Shown here: one piece after another, positions 1-8,863 of the stretch
Layout of the letters: every line of letters starts with the position of its first letter
How positions within the stretch are numbered: the stretch's first letter is position 1
Source: a bacterium
GTDB lineage: Bacteria > Patescibacteriota > Patescibacteriia > Veblenbacterales > UBA10138
Direction of reading: 5' to 3'
NCBI GenBank assembly: GCA_020057885.1
Contig: JAGVEX010000015.1
Coordinates: 130,168 to 194,167 of the forward strand
DNA length: 64,000 nt
The notes under the pieces: generated by a model
The model's input: only the letters and a program-made list of their open reading frames with translations
The model's database searches: none
What the model was told of the DNA's origin: nothing
Position numbers and translations under genes: made by a program

Positions 1-669
1 ATTTTGTGAAATAGCAAACACCGCGGGGATAGAATCAACCGCAAAAATAATATCGGTCGCCTCTACCATTAAAACAACCATAAATAATGAGGTAAAATAA
101 AATTTACCATTTTCTCTAAAAAAGAATTTCCCGTTATGATGACTATCTGTAAAGGGTAATAATTTATGAGCAAACTTTATAATCTTGTTATTTTTAAAAT
201 CAATATGCTCTTCTTTTTTATCACGCAATAATTTAATACCTGTATAAAGCAAAATTGCCCCAAAAATATATAAAACCCAATAAAATTGATGAATGATATA
301 TGCGCCTGCTCCAATAAATACTGCACGAAAGATTATTGCCCCTAAAATTCCCCAAAATAAAGCTTTGTGGTGATATTTTTCTTCTAACTTAAAATAGCTA
401 AAAATTAACAGTATTACAAAAAGATTATCTACAGAGAGCATCTTTTCTGTAATATATGCACTAAAAAATTCAACCGCTGTTTCTTTTCCTATGAATAAAT
501 AAATCAAAAAACCAAAAACCAATGAAATCCCAATCCAAAATAATGACTGATAAAGAGCGGGTTTAAATTCAATTTTATGGCTTACTTTATTAAGAAAACC
601 AAGATCTATAACTAAAAAACCTATTACAACAACTGCAAATAAAATTATCAAATTAGTTTGCGCATCCAT
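1..669 (-). CDS. TerC family integral membrane protein; C-terminus runs off the window edge
   Basis: Own translation of the reverse strand, ATG at 669: MDAQTNLIILFAVVVIGFLVIDLGF...EKMLSVDNLFVILLIF... Multi-TM protein with the SVDNLFV motif typical of TerC/Alx. Not in the ORF track because no stop codon falls inside the window. Confidence 0.65.
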   Translation of the reverse strand, partial: MDAQTNLIILFAVVVIGFLVIDLGFLNKVSHKIEFKPALYQSLFWIGISLVFGFLIYLFIGKETAVEFFSAYITEKMLSVDNLFVILLIFSYFKLEEKYHHKALFWGILGAIIFRAVFIGAGAYIIHQFYWVLYIFGAILLYTGIKLLRDKKEEHIDFKNNKIIKFAHKLLPFTDSHHNGKFFFRENGKFYFTSLFMVVLMVEATDIIFAVDSIPAVFAISQN

Positions 670-814
670 ATAAATATATTTTACTGTAACTCATTATAGA
701 AAATTTATAATCTTTTTTGACTATCTAATATTGGTTTCAAGAAAACATCTTCAACTAACCCATCTCTTCTCATTGCATATAAATGGATAATTAAGATCTT
801 TAATAAATTAAAGC

Positions 815-970
815 TCAAGTATTTTTAAATTCCTGTTCACTGCCACACCAAGGACAAAACCATTTATCTTTAACGCATGGAGCCTCTGCCACGCTCCACC
901 ATTTTTTACAAACGCCGCAAGAAAAATGGGTTAACTTTTCGTATGATTTTTTACCCATCGTTCTTTTCAT
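815..970 (-). CDS. 51-aa putative zinc-ribbon mini-protein upstream of TerC
   Basis: Own translation: MKRTMGKKSYEKLTHFSCGVCKKWWSVAEAPCVKDKWFCPWCGSEQEFKNT. It has a CxxC...C...CxxC arrangement. No obvious SD. It may not be expressed. Confidence 0.3.
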   Translation of the reverse strand: MKRTMGKKSYEKLTHFSCGVCKKWWSVAEAPCVKDKWFCPWCGSEQEFKNT

Positions 971-990
971 ATAAATTATAGCCGCACCAA

Positions 991-3561
991 TTAAATTTTA
1001 ACATCTTTACTAAAATAAATCTTTACAACTTTAAGCCCCTCAAACCACAAAATACTAAGTAAGCCGAATCCTATGGCTGTCATAACACCCATTTTATCTG
1101 GCCTGCTAAATTTAAAAATATTGCTAAGCCAAGGAATATAAAATATAACTAATAAACCTGCTATAACGCTTATAATTATAGGTAACATAACTGGATTGCG
1201 GTTACGCCATGAAGTAAATATTGTTTGGGATAAAGTACGATTTGTTAAAATTAAACTTATATTAGCCGTAATCAAAGTAATAAAAGTAACACCTCTAGCT
1301 GTGTTAACAGAAAATCCATTTTTTATAGATAACACATAAACCAACAAAACCATGGCTAACATTCCCAGACCTTGTAAGATACTAAAAACTACTGCCCACT
1401 TATCAAAAAGTGGCTGCTGTAATTTACGGGGAGGCTGTGACATAACATCGCCTTCGGCTGGTTCCGCCTGAAAAGCAATGGAACAGGCCGGATCGGTTAT
1501 CAATTCTAAAAATACAATGTGCACTGGCATAAGGATCATTGGCCAGCCCAAAAAAATTGGTATAAGTGCCAAACCAGCTATAGGAATATGTATTGCCAAA
1601 ACATAAATAATGGCTTTGACTATATTTTTATAAATAACTCTCCCCTCTTTTACAGCGCCAACAATGGAAGTAAAATTGTCATCAAGCAAAACTACATCCG
1701 AAGCTTCACGCGCTACATCTGTACCGCGTTCCCCCATCGCAATACCAATATTTGCGGCCTTGAGCGCTGGTGCGTCGTTTACGCCATCACCGGTCATAGC
1801 CACCACTTCGCCGTTTGCCTTAAGCGCCTGCACTATTCTTAATTTTTGTTCTGGTACAACTCTAGCAAAAATAGAAATTGATTTAATGCGCTCAGCAAGT
1901 TCTGAGTCACTCATTTTATCCAATTCAGAACCGGTTATAATATTTTCGTAAGATGGTAACCCTATTTCCGTAGCTATTTTTTGGGCTGTACCAATATAAT
2001 CGCCTGTTATCATAATTACGCGCAGGCCGGCCTTATAGCACTCCGCCACGGCTTGATAAATTTGTGGGCGTACAGGATCTATAAATCCAATAAATCCCAA
2101 AAAATTAAAAGCTAAATCGTGTTGATCTTGTGGCAATTTACCATGTTTAAACTTTGCGCTAGCCACCCCTAATACGCGCAAACCTTTACTAGCCATTAAA
2201 TTAACCTGCTGAAGATTTTTCTTCTGCTCAGCAGAAGAAAAATGACATAATTCCATAATTGCTTCAGGCGAACCTTTGGCGGCCACTACATAATCAGGCT
2301 TGGCAGATGGCTGCCATACTTGCGACATGGCCAACAAATCCTTAGATAAAGGATATTGTTTAATAAGATTCCAATTACTGTTCCAGTGTTCTGTGTGCAA
2401 AAGCTGCTGTTTGCCAAAACTTAAAATAGCTTTTTCCATTGGATCAAAAGGATCTTTATGGCTCGCTAATACAGAAAATTCTAAAAGCCTATGATATTGT
2501 TCCGGTAAAGTATCTTCTTTTTTATTTGGTTCATAATAATCACCACCCGCATACATACCCCCTAGTGTCATTTGATTAAAAGTTAGAGTGCCTGTTTTAT
2601 CTACGCATAACACGGTAGTTGCGCCTAGTGTTTCAATAGCAGGAATTCTGCGCGTTAAAACATGTTTTTTAGACATTCGCCAAGCGCCCAAAGCCAAAAA
2701 AATAGTTAAAATAACCGGAAACTCCTCTGGCAACAAAGACATAGCCAAAGCAATGCTAGCTAAAAATCCACCCAGCCAATTATTAGTAGATAAGCTGTAA
2801 ACAACAAATAATAAAATACACAAAAATGCTCCCCAAATGGCAAAGCGTTTAACTAATACTTTAATTTCTTTCTGCAGTAAAGTATTGCCTTTTTCTAGAA
2901 CTTGCAACGATTTACCTATTTTTCCAACTTCCGTGTTAGCTCCAATAGATAAAACTTGCGTTACGGCGCGGCCCTCGGTAATAAGAGTGCTTGAATAAAC
3001 AAAAGGCAAATTCTCGCCACCTGGCCTACTCGGCTTTAATTTTCCGTCCCACACGTTTTTATGCACTGGCACCGATTCACCCGTAAGCAAAGATTCATTA
3101 ACTGCTAAATTATCTGTTGCCAAAATAACCGCATCAGCCGGTACCCTATCGCCTTCTGACAAAATCATAATATCGCCGCGTACTATTTCACGCCCAGGAA
3201 TACGTTTTGGTTCTCCACCGCGAATAACTAAAGCGCGCGGACTGGATAAATCACGCAACGCCTCCAACGCTCGTTCTGTTTTGCGTTCCTGATAAAAAGT
3301 TATGGCCATAATAAACAAAATCGAACCAAGCAAAAGCGCTGCCTCGCCTAAATCACCCAACACCAAATAAACTAGGCCGCAAATAATAAGCAAAATAAAC
3401 ATCGGCTCTTTAACTACCTCCAGAGCAATGCTTAAAATACTGCTGCGTTTGGCAGTTGATATTTCGTTATAACCCTCTTTGATAATCAACTCTCGCGCTC
3501 TCTCTTGAGAAAGGCCGGGCCAAGCGCTGTAATTTACTTCTGGTGATACTGAAATTGGCAT
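991..3561 (-). CDS. Cation-transporting P-type ATPase (P2-type, Ca2+/Mg2+-like)
   Basis: 856 aa with the DKTGTLT phosphorylation motif, TGDGVNDAPALKAANIGIAMG hinge motif, about 10 TM segments and an N-terminal cation_ATPase_N-like region. Confidence 0.9.
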   Translation of the reverse strand: MPISVSPEVNYSAWPGLSQERARELIIKEGYNEISTAKRSSILSIALEVVKEPMFILLIICGLVYLVLGDLGEAALLLGSILFIMAITFYQERKTERALEALRDLSSPRALVIRGGEPKRIPGREIVRGDIMILSEGDRVPADAVILATDNLAVNESLLTGESVPVHKNVWDGKLKPSRPGGENLPFVYSSTLITEGRAVTQVLSIGANTEVGKIGKSLQVLEKGNTLLQKEIKVLVKRFAIWGAFLCILLFVVYSLSTNNWLGGFLASIALAMSLLPEEFPVILTIFLALGAWRMSKKHVLTRRIPAIETLGATTVLCVDKTGTLTFNQMTLGGMYAGGDYYEPNKKEDTLPEQYHRLLEFSVLASHKDPFDPMEKAILSFGKQQLLHTEHWNSNWNLIKQYPLSKDLLAMSQVWQPSAKPDYVVAAKGSPEAIMELCHFSSAEQKKNLQQVNLMASKGLRVLGVASAKFKHGKLPQDQHDLAFNFLGFIGFIDPVRPQIYQAVAECYKAGLRVIMITGDYIGTAQKIATEIGLPSYENIITGSELDKMSDSELAERIKSISIFARVVPEQKLRIVQALKANGEVVAMTGDGVNDAPALKAANIGIAMGERGTDVAREASDVVLLDDNFTSIVGAVKEGRVIYKNIVKAIIYVLAIHIPIAGLALIPIFLGWPMILMPVHIVFLELITDPACSIAFQAEPAEGDVMSQPPRKLQQPLFDKWAVVFSILQGLGMLAMVLLVYVLSIKNGFSVNTARGVTFITLITANISLILTNRTLSQTIFTSWRNRNPVMLPIIISVIAGLLVIFYIPWLSNIFKFSRPDKMGVMTAIGFGLLSILWFEGLKVVKIYFSKDVKI

Positions 3562-3567
3562 AAATAC

Positions 3568-4092
3568 TTATAATTTAATCTCTAGGCTATTAAATTCTAT
3601 AAAATTTGCTAAAAAATTTTTAATAGAATCTAGAAACTCATTTGGATTCTCAGTAAGTTCACGTTTTAAATCTTCCTTAGAAAACCATTTTACTTCTGCA
3701 ACCTCATCTTTTTGAATCTTAAATTCATTAATTGGTTTATCAATCTTTAAAAAGTACCGCTGTACAAAATAATTATACTTATTCGTCACCCTATACAATT
3801 TAGAGCCAACTTCAAACTTAATGCCAGTAAGGCCAAGTTCCTCTGATGCTTCTTTGATAATATTACTTTCAAATGTTTCATCTTTTTCAACTGTACCAGC
3901 AACTGCCGTTCCCCACTTACCCGGATCATGTGATTTATTGTAAGCGCGACGAGCTAATAAAACTTCGTCCTTACTATTTGTAATCCAAAGAGTAGACACA
4001 CGATTAACATCGTTTAATTCTAATCCAGCCTCATAATCCTTGTACCCAATTATATTATCTTGCTCATCTAAAATTATAATAGGCGGCTTCAT
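3568..4092 (-). CDS. NUDIX hydrolase
   Basis: Nudix box GTVEKDETFESNIIKEASEELGL (GX5EX7REUXEEXGU pattern). Confidence 0.8.
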   Translation of the reverse strand: MKPPIIILDEQDNIIGYKDYEAGLELNDVNRVSTLWITNSKDEVLLARRAYNKSHDPGKWGTAVAGTVEKDETFESNIIKEASEELGLTGIKFEVGSKLYRVTNKYNYFVQRYFLKIDKPINEFKIQKDEVAEVKWFSKEDLKRELTENPNEFLDSIKNFLANFIEFNSLEIKL

Positions 4093-4119
4093 AAATTATT
4101 CTTAAATAATATAATTAAT

Positions 4120-5760
4120 TTACCTTAAATACTTAGAAACATCAACCCAATTCTGTAAATCTTTTGCGTTTGCCACATAACCTTTAATATCTATAGCAGA
4201 GCCCTTGTGTATTCCTAAATGCAAATGTTTTCTTTCAAAATCAGTTTCCGTGCTGTACCCATTGCCAAGCACGCCAATTGTCTCGCCAGCTGACAAATTG
4301 TCGCCTACTTTAGCTGTAATGCTAGCTAATTTAAGATGGCCATAAATAATTGTTACTATTTTATTATCCAAACTGCAACTCTGCACTAATACCCCACCAT
4401 AACCAGTAGCCCATTTTTTAAGCAAAACAGAACCAGCGCATAGGGCGTTGATTTTAACATCCTTATCCTCCTCACCCACTAAAATTTCAAAATCCACTCC
4501 AGTATGATAACCAGAAAAATGTTCTGGCCGCACAGGGGAATTTTGTGGTGTAATTTTAATACCAAATGGTTTTTTTGTTATGCGCTCCAAAGCTTTATCT
4601 AAAGGGGTTTGTAAAACTGAATCTGGTTTATTAAATTTATTATCAGATGATGATTTAAACTCCAATAATACAATTTCCGAAGGACTGCCTACGCGTAAAG
4701 GCGGCCCCCAGGTTCCAGCACCACTTGAGGTATAAACTTTCATTGAACTGTAATCATGCAAACTATAATCAAAACCCTTATAAATCGATTTGGTAATATA
4801 ATTAAATGGCCACATTTGGGCGCGATGAGTATGTCCTGAAATTTGAAAATTTACACCATTTTGTAAAGCAATGTCTAAATCAGAAGGTGAATGTTTAAGT
4901 AATATTATTGGCTTGGTTTTATCGCTAGTTAAATTTTTTAAAATATTTTCATAATCCGCGCGTTTAGCAGTGTCATTATAATCCACTCCGATTATTTTAA
5001 CTCCCGCTATATCCACCGCTTCATTATTCAAAATTTTAACACCTGATTCTTTTACAACATTAAGATATTTTTCTTTATCAAAAAATTCTTCATGGTTGCC
5101 AGTAATAAAATAAACTCCGAGCGACGCCTGCAACGAGGCTAGTGGTTTAACCGCGGTCTCTACTGGAAAACTGGAACTATCAAACAAATCACCACCGATA
5201 AAAATTATATCGGGATGTAATTTTTGTACTTTTTGAAAAAGTTTTTCTATTGCTGAAATACCATATACGTCCCCTAAATGCACATCGCTTAGCCAAACTG
5301 CTTTTTTACCATTCCACTCTTGGGGTAAATTAGGCAAACTAACTTTAATGTTAGTAACAATAACACTATAAGCCTGCACTACACCGTAAACACTAATCAA
5401 CAATGCTATGGAAAGTAATACTTTTCCCAAAATAAATAAATTTATGTTTGTAAAAAAGTGTCCACCCACACTAACCGCTAACCAATAAATACCACATGCT
5501 AAAAATAAATACAGTAAAAAACCAAGCCACGCCGCGGAAATTGTATAAAAAATACTTAAAATAGAATTATAATAGCGAAAGGTGAGTAAAGATGCCGCTA
5601 CAAAACTAACGGAAAGAGTTATTAAAATTATTTTAAGAAAAATTAGAGTGTTGGAATTATTCAAAGTGAATACAGAAATAAATGTTTTATATAAAACAAA
5701 ATGACCCAAGGCAATTATTCCTTGGATAATTAATATAACAATTATAAAAACTGGCACCAT
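4120..5760 (-). CDS. Membrane-anchored calcineurin-like metallophosphoesterase fused to a C-terminal M23 (LytM-type) peptidase domain
   Basis: N-terminal ~5 TM helices. MPE motifs: GDVYG, GGDLFD, GNHE, GHTHR. C-terminal M23 motifs: YHTGVDF (HxxxD) and HLHLGIH (HxH). Confidence 0.8.
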   Translation of the reverse strand: MVPVFIIVILIIQGIIALGHFVLYKTFISVFTLNNSNTLIFLKIILITLSVSFVAASLLTFRYYNSILSIFYTISAAWLGFLLYLFLACGIYWLAVSVGGHFFTNINLFILGKVLLSIALLISVYGVVQAYSVIVTNIKVSLPNLPQEWNGKKAVWLSDVHLGDVYGISAIEKLFQKVQKLHPDIIFIGGDLFDSSSFPVETAVKPLASLQASLGVYFITGNHEEFFDKEKYLNVVKESGVKILNNEAVDIAGVKIIGVDYNDTAKRADYENILKNLTSDKTKPIILLKHSPSDLDIALQNGVNFQISGHTHRAQMWPFNYITKSIYKGFDYSLHDYSSMKVYTSSGAGTWGPPLRVGSPSEIVLLEFKSSSDNKFNKPDSVLQTPLDKALERITKKPFGIKITPQNSPVRPEHFSGYHTGVDFEILVGEEDKDVKINALCAGSVLLKKWATGYGGVLVQSCSLDNKIVTIIYGHLKLASITAKVGDNLSAGETIGVLGNGYSTETDFERKHLHLGIHKGSAIDIKGYVANAKDLQNWVDVSKYLR

Positions 5761-5818
5761 AATATTAGTATAATTGATAATTACTGATTATACTAGCAAA
5801 AAACCTAATCAATAACCA

Positions 5819-5854
5819 TCGGGGAAAAATAAGCGATCGCTTATTTTTCCCCGA
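5819..5854. terminator. 36-nt perfect palindrome TCGGGGAAAAATAAGCGA|TCGCTTATTTTTCCCCGA; probable bidirectional intrinsic terminator. It is copy 1 of a 38-nt repeat (5814-5851) shared with 24064-24101.
   Basis: Seen directly. GC core stem AAGCGATCGCTT flanked by A5/T5 runs. Lies 3' of the cupin gene (stop at 5933). Confidence 0.6.
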
Positions 5855-5932
5855 TATTAAAATTAGTGGTATTTTGATAATTTTAATCAGTAACCCCGAA
5901 CCTAATCCGCAAATAAATACGAAAGCAGATAA

Positions 5933-6328
5933 TTACTCGGTAGTTTTGCCGTCAAAATGCTCTTCACTTTCCAGAGCTTCTTTTTTAGTAGCACGCACCA
6001 CACCATCTTGATGTTCTGGGGGAGAATAAACTGTATAAAGCTTCATTGCTTCTGTGGACGAGGTATTAATGATGTTGTGATTTGCACCAGCCGGCACCAC
6101 TACACAACTCCCATCCTCCAAAGCGTGTTCAACTCCATCCAACACGGCTTTGCCAACACCCTGCTCAATGCGCAAAAACTGATCTAAAGTGTGCATCTCT
6201 GCGCCGATTTCTTCGCCTGGCTGTAAACTCATTAACACTAGCTGACTAAACTTACCAGTATAAAGCACTTGACGGAAATTATTATTGGCAAGCGTATCTT
6301 GCTCTAAGTTTGTTACATATCCTTTCAT
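5933..6328 (-). CDS. Cupin-2 domain protein
   Basis: 131 aa small beta-barrel. The G(X)5HXH...E-like pattern (PGEEIGAEMHTLDQF ... PAGANHNIINT) fits the cupin fold. Confidence 0.7.
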   Translation of the reverse strand: MKGYVTNLEQDTLANNNFRQVLYTGKFSQLVLMSLQPGEEIGAEMHTLDQFLRIEQGVGKAVLDGVEHALEDGSCVVVPAGANHNIINTSSTEAMKLYTVYSPPEHQDGVVRATKKEALESEEHFDGKTTE

Positions 6329-6375
6329 AATAATTTAAATTAATAGTAAGAACTATTTAATTATAGCACTTTAAA

Positions 6376-6410
6376 CAAAAACAGTCTTGCAAATTGCCAA
6401 GACTGTTTTT
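6376..6410. terminator. Hairpin AAAAACAGTCTTG-caaattg-CCAAGACTGTTTTT; bidirectional terminator-like
   Basis: Seen in sequence. A-run, stem, T-run symmetric. Lies between the convergent 3'/5' ends of the cupin gene and the small ORF at 6433-6879. Shares its AAAAACAGTC arms with the hairpin at 12856-12885. Confidence 0.5.
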
Positions 6411-6432
6411 AATATAAACATTTAAACTGTAT

Positions 6433-6879
6433 TTATTGTTTAATATCAGTAACGGTAGGTCTAATCTGAATATTTTGGGCAACTACACTACCATCGCTAT
6501 TAGCCGTGCCATTAACGGACACATCTTCACCAACTTCTAAATCACCTACCACACCATCCGTAGTTTTACCTATACTGGTAGTATTCGAAAGAAATATTAT
6601 CTTTGAACCACCGTCTCTCAGCTTTACTATTATACTCTTATCGTCTTTACTGATTATTTCACCATTAATAAACTGGCTGCCGGCATTCGTTGCACTCCTT
6701 CGTGTGCCGTTTGTGCCACCAAGCATTTGCTGCCGCTGATCAGATGTTAAATTTTGGAAATTAGGCATTCCTGAATTATTTTTTGATGTAGTGCTTTGTC
6801 CATATTTCATACCACCGTAAAAAGATATAGCCCCAACCACTACTATAGCCGCTGTAATAATATATAATTTTTTATTCAT
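6433..6879 (-). CDS. Small membrane-anchored, beta-rich protein (paralog A) flanking the ABC efflux module
   Basis: N-terminal TM. Its C-terminal region (GEIISKDDKSIIVKLRDGGSKIIF...DLEVGEDVSVNGTANSDGSVVAQNIQIRP) aligns by eye to ORF 10639-11130 (GSIIKIDSGLIIVKGSDNVEKIIA...DLKVDDRIVVIGSPQNNGSVLAKMIRVFDP). Confidence 0.5.
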   Translation of the reverse strand: MNKKLYIITAAIVVVGAISFYGGMKYGQSTTSKNNSGMPNFQNLTSDQRQQMLGGTNGTRRSATNAGSQFINGEIISKDDKSIIVKLRDGGSKIIFLSNTTSIGKTTDGVVGDLEVGEDVSVNGTANSDGSVVAQNIQIRPTVTDIKQ

Positions 6880-6906
6880 ATTAAATTAATTTATTATTAA
6901 TAAAAA

Positions 6907-8136
6907 TTATTCATAACGCAAAGCTTCTATCGGGTTAAGCTTAGAAGCTCTACGAGCTGGATAATAACCAAAAACAATACCGATAGCCGCCGAAACACCA
7001 AAAGCTAAAGCAACTGAAGAAGATGTTACATTTGTAGCTGTTCCACCTATTTTAGTAATTAGCCAAGAGACTAACCATCCTAAAAGGATACCAATTATAC
7101 CTCCAATAAAAGTTAAGGCCACTGATTCGGCAAGAAATTGAATGTTAATGTCTCCATTTTTTGCACCCAACGATTTACGTAAACCAATTTCTCTGGTTCT
7201 TTCGGTTACAGTCGTTAACATCATATTCATAATACCAATACCGCCGACTAATAAAGAAATGCCGGCAATCGCCGCTAAAAGTAAAGTTAAAGTATCACTA
7301 ACTGAAGACATGGCACTTAAAATATCAGCTTGGTTAACAATTGTGAAATCGGCACTATCGGCATCCGTAATACCATGTCGCACCAAGAGTAAGGTTTTAA
7401 TTTGCTCTTGCACTGAATCCATCAAATTTTCCTGACTAACTTGAATATTAATATTACTAAGAGAGCTACTGCCAGTAAGATATCTTTGGGCGGTAATAAT
7501 TGGAATATAAATTAAATCATCCGCGCTGCCAAAACCAGTTCCACCCTTACTTTTAGCAACGCCAATAATATTAAATTCTAAATTTTCTATACGGATTTTT
7601 TCCCCCACCGGATCACTACCTTCGCCAAACAAATCATCACGCGCACCCGAACCTAAAACAGCCACCTTAGCATTCTTTTTTGATTGTTCCTCTGTAATAA
7701 AATTGCCTGACTCAATTTCCACATTTTTAACAGTCTGATAAGCTGCATTAACTCCATATATACTAATATTGCTATTTGTACCTTTGGTAGTTTTTACCTG
7801 CTTACGACTAGAAACAGTGGGGGCCACAGCATCAATACTCACGATTTGTGCTGTAATAGCTTCAGCATCATCATTTTTTAAAGTTGTAGCTGAACCCATT
7901 CCACCTCTCACCATTGTCCCAACACCGCTTTTTTGTGAACCAGGCGTAACCACTAATAAATTAGTACCCAGGGACTGAATATTTGTTTCTATATTTTTAG
8001 CGGCACCCTGACCAATAGAAACCATAGCAATAACTGAACCAATACCAATAACAATACCTAATATAGTCAAAAAAGACCTTGACTTATTAGATGATAAGGA
8101 AAAATAAATTTCCTGAGTCAAATCTGAAAAAAGCAT
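6907..8136 (-). CDS. ABC transporter permease, FtsX/MacB family
   Basis: 409 aa with an N-terminal TM, a large extracytoplasmic domain and three C-terminal TMs. This is typical MacB/FtsX topology. Sits immediately downstream of the ABC ATPase. Confidence 0.85.
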   Translation of the reverse strand: MLFSDLTQEIYFSLSSNKSRSFLTILGIVIGIGSVIAMVSIGQGAAKNIETNIQSLGTNLLVVTPGSQKSGVGTMVRGGMGSATTLKNDDAEAITAQIVSIDAVAPTVSSRKQVKTTKGTNSNISIYGVNAAYQTVKNVEIESGNFITEEQSKKNAKVAVLGSGARDDLFGEGSDPVGEKIRIENLEFNIIGVAKSKGGTGFGSADDLIYIPIITAQRYLTGSSSLSNINIQVSQENLMDSVQEQIKTLLLVRHGITDADSADFTIVNQADILSAMSSVSDTLTLLLAAIAGISLLVGGIGIMNMMLTTVTERTREIGLRKSLGAKNGDINIQFLAESVALTFIGGIIGILLGWLVSWLITKIGGTATNVTSSSVALAFGVSAAIGIVFGYYPARRASKLNPIEALRYE

Positions 8137-8140
8137 AAAT

Positions 8141-8845
8141 TTATTTATCTTTTAATAAACTAAAACGCTTCCGATCAGCTGAAATCATGCCATCTTTAAT
8201 TTCGATTATTCGATCGGCGTGCTCGGCTACATATTTTTCATGAGTAATTAACACAATGGTGTGACCTTTTTCGCGGTTCAAACGTTTAAAAGTTTCCAAT
8301 ACCACATCACCGGTTTTTGAATCCAAATTACCAGTTGGTTCATCGGCTAAAATAAGGTCGGGTGAATTAACCAAGGCACGTGCAATAGCTACTCGCTGCA
8401 TCTGTCCACCAGAAAGTTGGTTTGATAAATGATGCCAACGGTCTTTCTCTAACCCCGAAGATTGCAGCGATGCTTCAGCCTTTAATTGTCTTTCATTCTT
8501 AGGTGTATTGCGATCATATATCAACGGCAAAACTACGTTACGCAACACAGTAGTACGGGAAAGTAAATTAAAAGATTGAAAAACAAAACCAATTTTTTGT
8601 GAACGGATTTCAGCCAATTCATCATCTGATAACTCAAGCATATTCCTGTCATTTAAAAAATAATTGCCACTGGTAGGCCTATCCAAAGCTCCCAGAATAT
8701 GCATAAGAGTTGATTTTCCTGATCCCGAAGGACCAATAATGGCAACAAATTCACCTTTTTTTATTTCAAAGGATACTTCCTTAAGTACCACTAAACCTGT
8801 ATCACCGGTTTGATAAATTTTTGTTATTTTCTCACACCTAATCAT
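8141..8845 (-). CDS. ABC transporter ATP-binding protein (MacB/LolD-like)
   Basis: Walker [10 protein letters not shown], signature [15 protein letters not shown], Walker [13 protein letters not shown]. Confidence 0.9.
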   Translation of the reverse strand: MIRCEKITKIYQTGDTGLVVLKEVSFEIKKGEFVAIIGPSGSGKSTLMHILGALDRPTSGNYFLNDRNMLELSDDELAEIRSQKIGFVFQSFNLLSRTTVLRNVVLPLIYDRNTPKNERQLKAEASLQSSGLEKDRWHHLSNQLSGGQMQRVAIARALVNSPDLILADEPTGNLDSKTGDVVLETFKRLNREKGHTIVLITHEKYVAEHADRIIEIKDGMISADRKRFSLLKDK

Positions 8846-8863
8846 AAATTAATCCGCCTAAAA

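Noticed and set aside
1519-1951. Plus-strand ORFs 1519-1842 and 1664-1951 (and 2300-2494, 2588-2800) inside the P-type ATPase gene
   Set aside because: Antisense to a strongly supported 856-aa CDS. Compositionally odd, with no motifs. Typical shadow ORFs.
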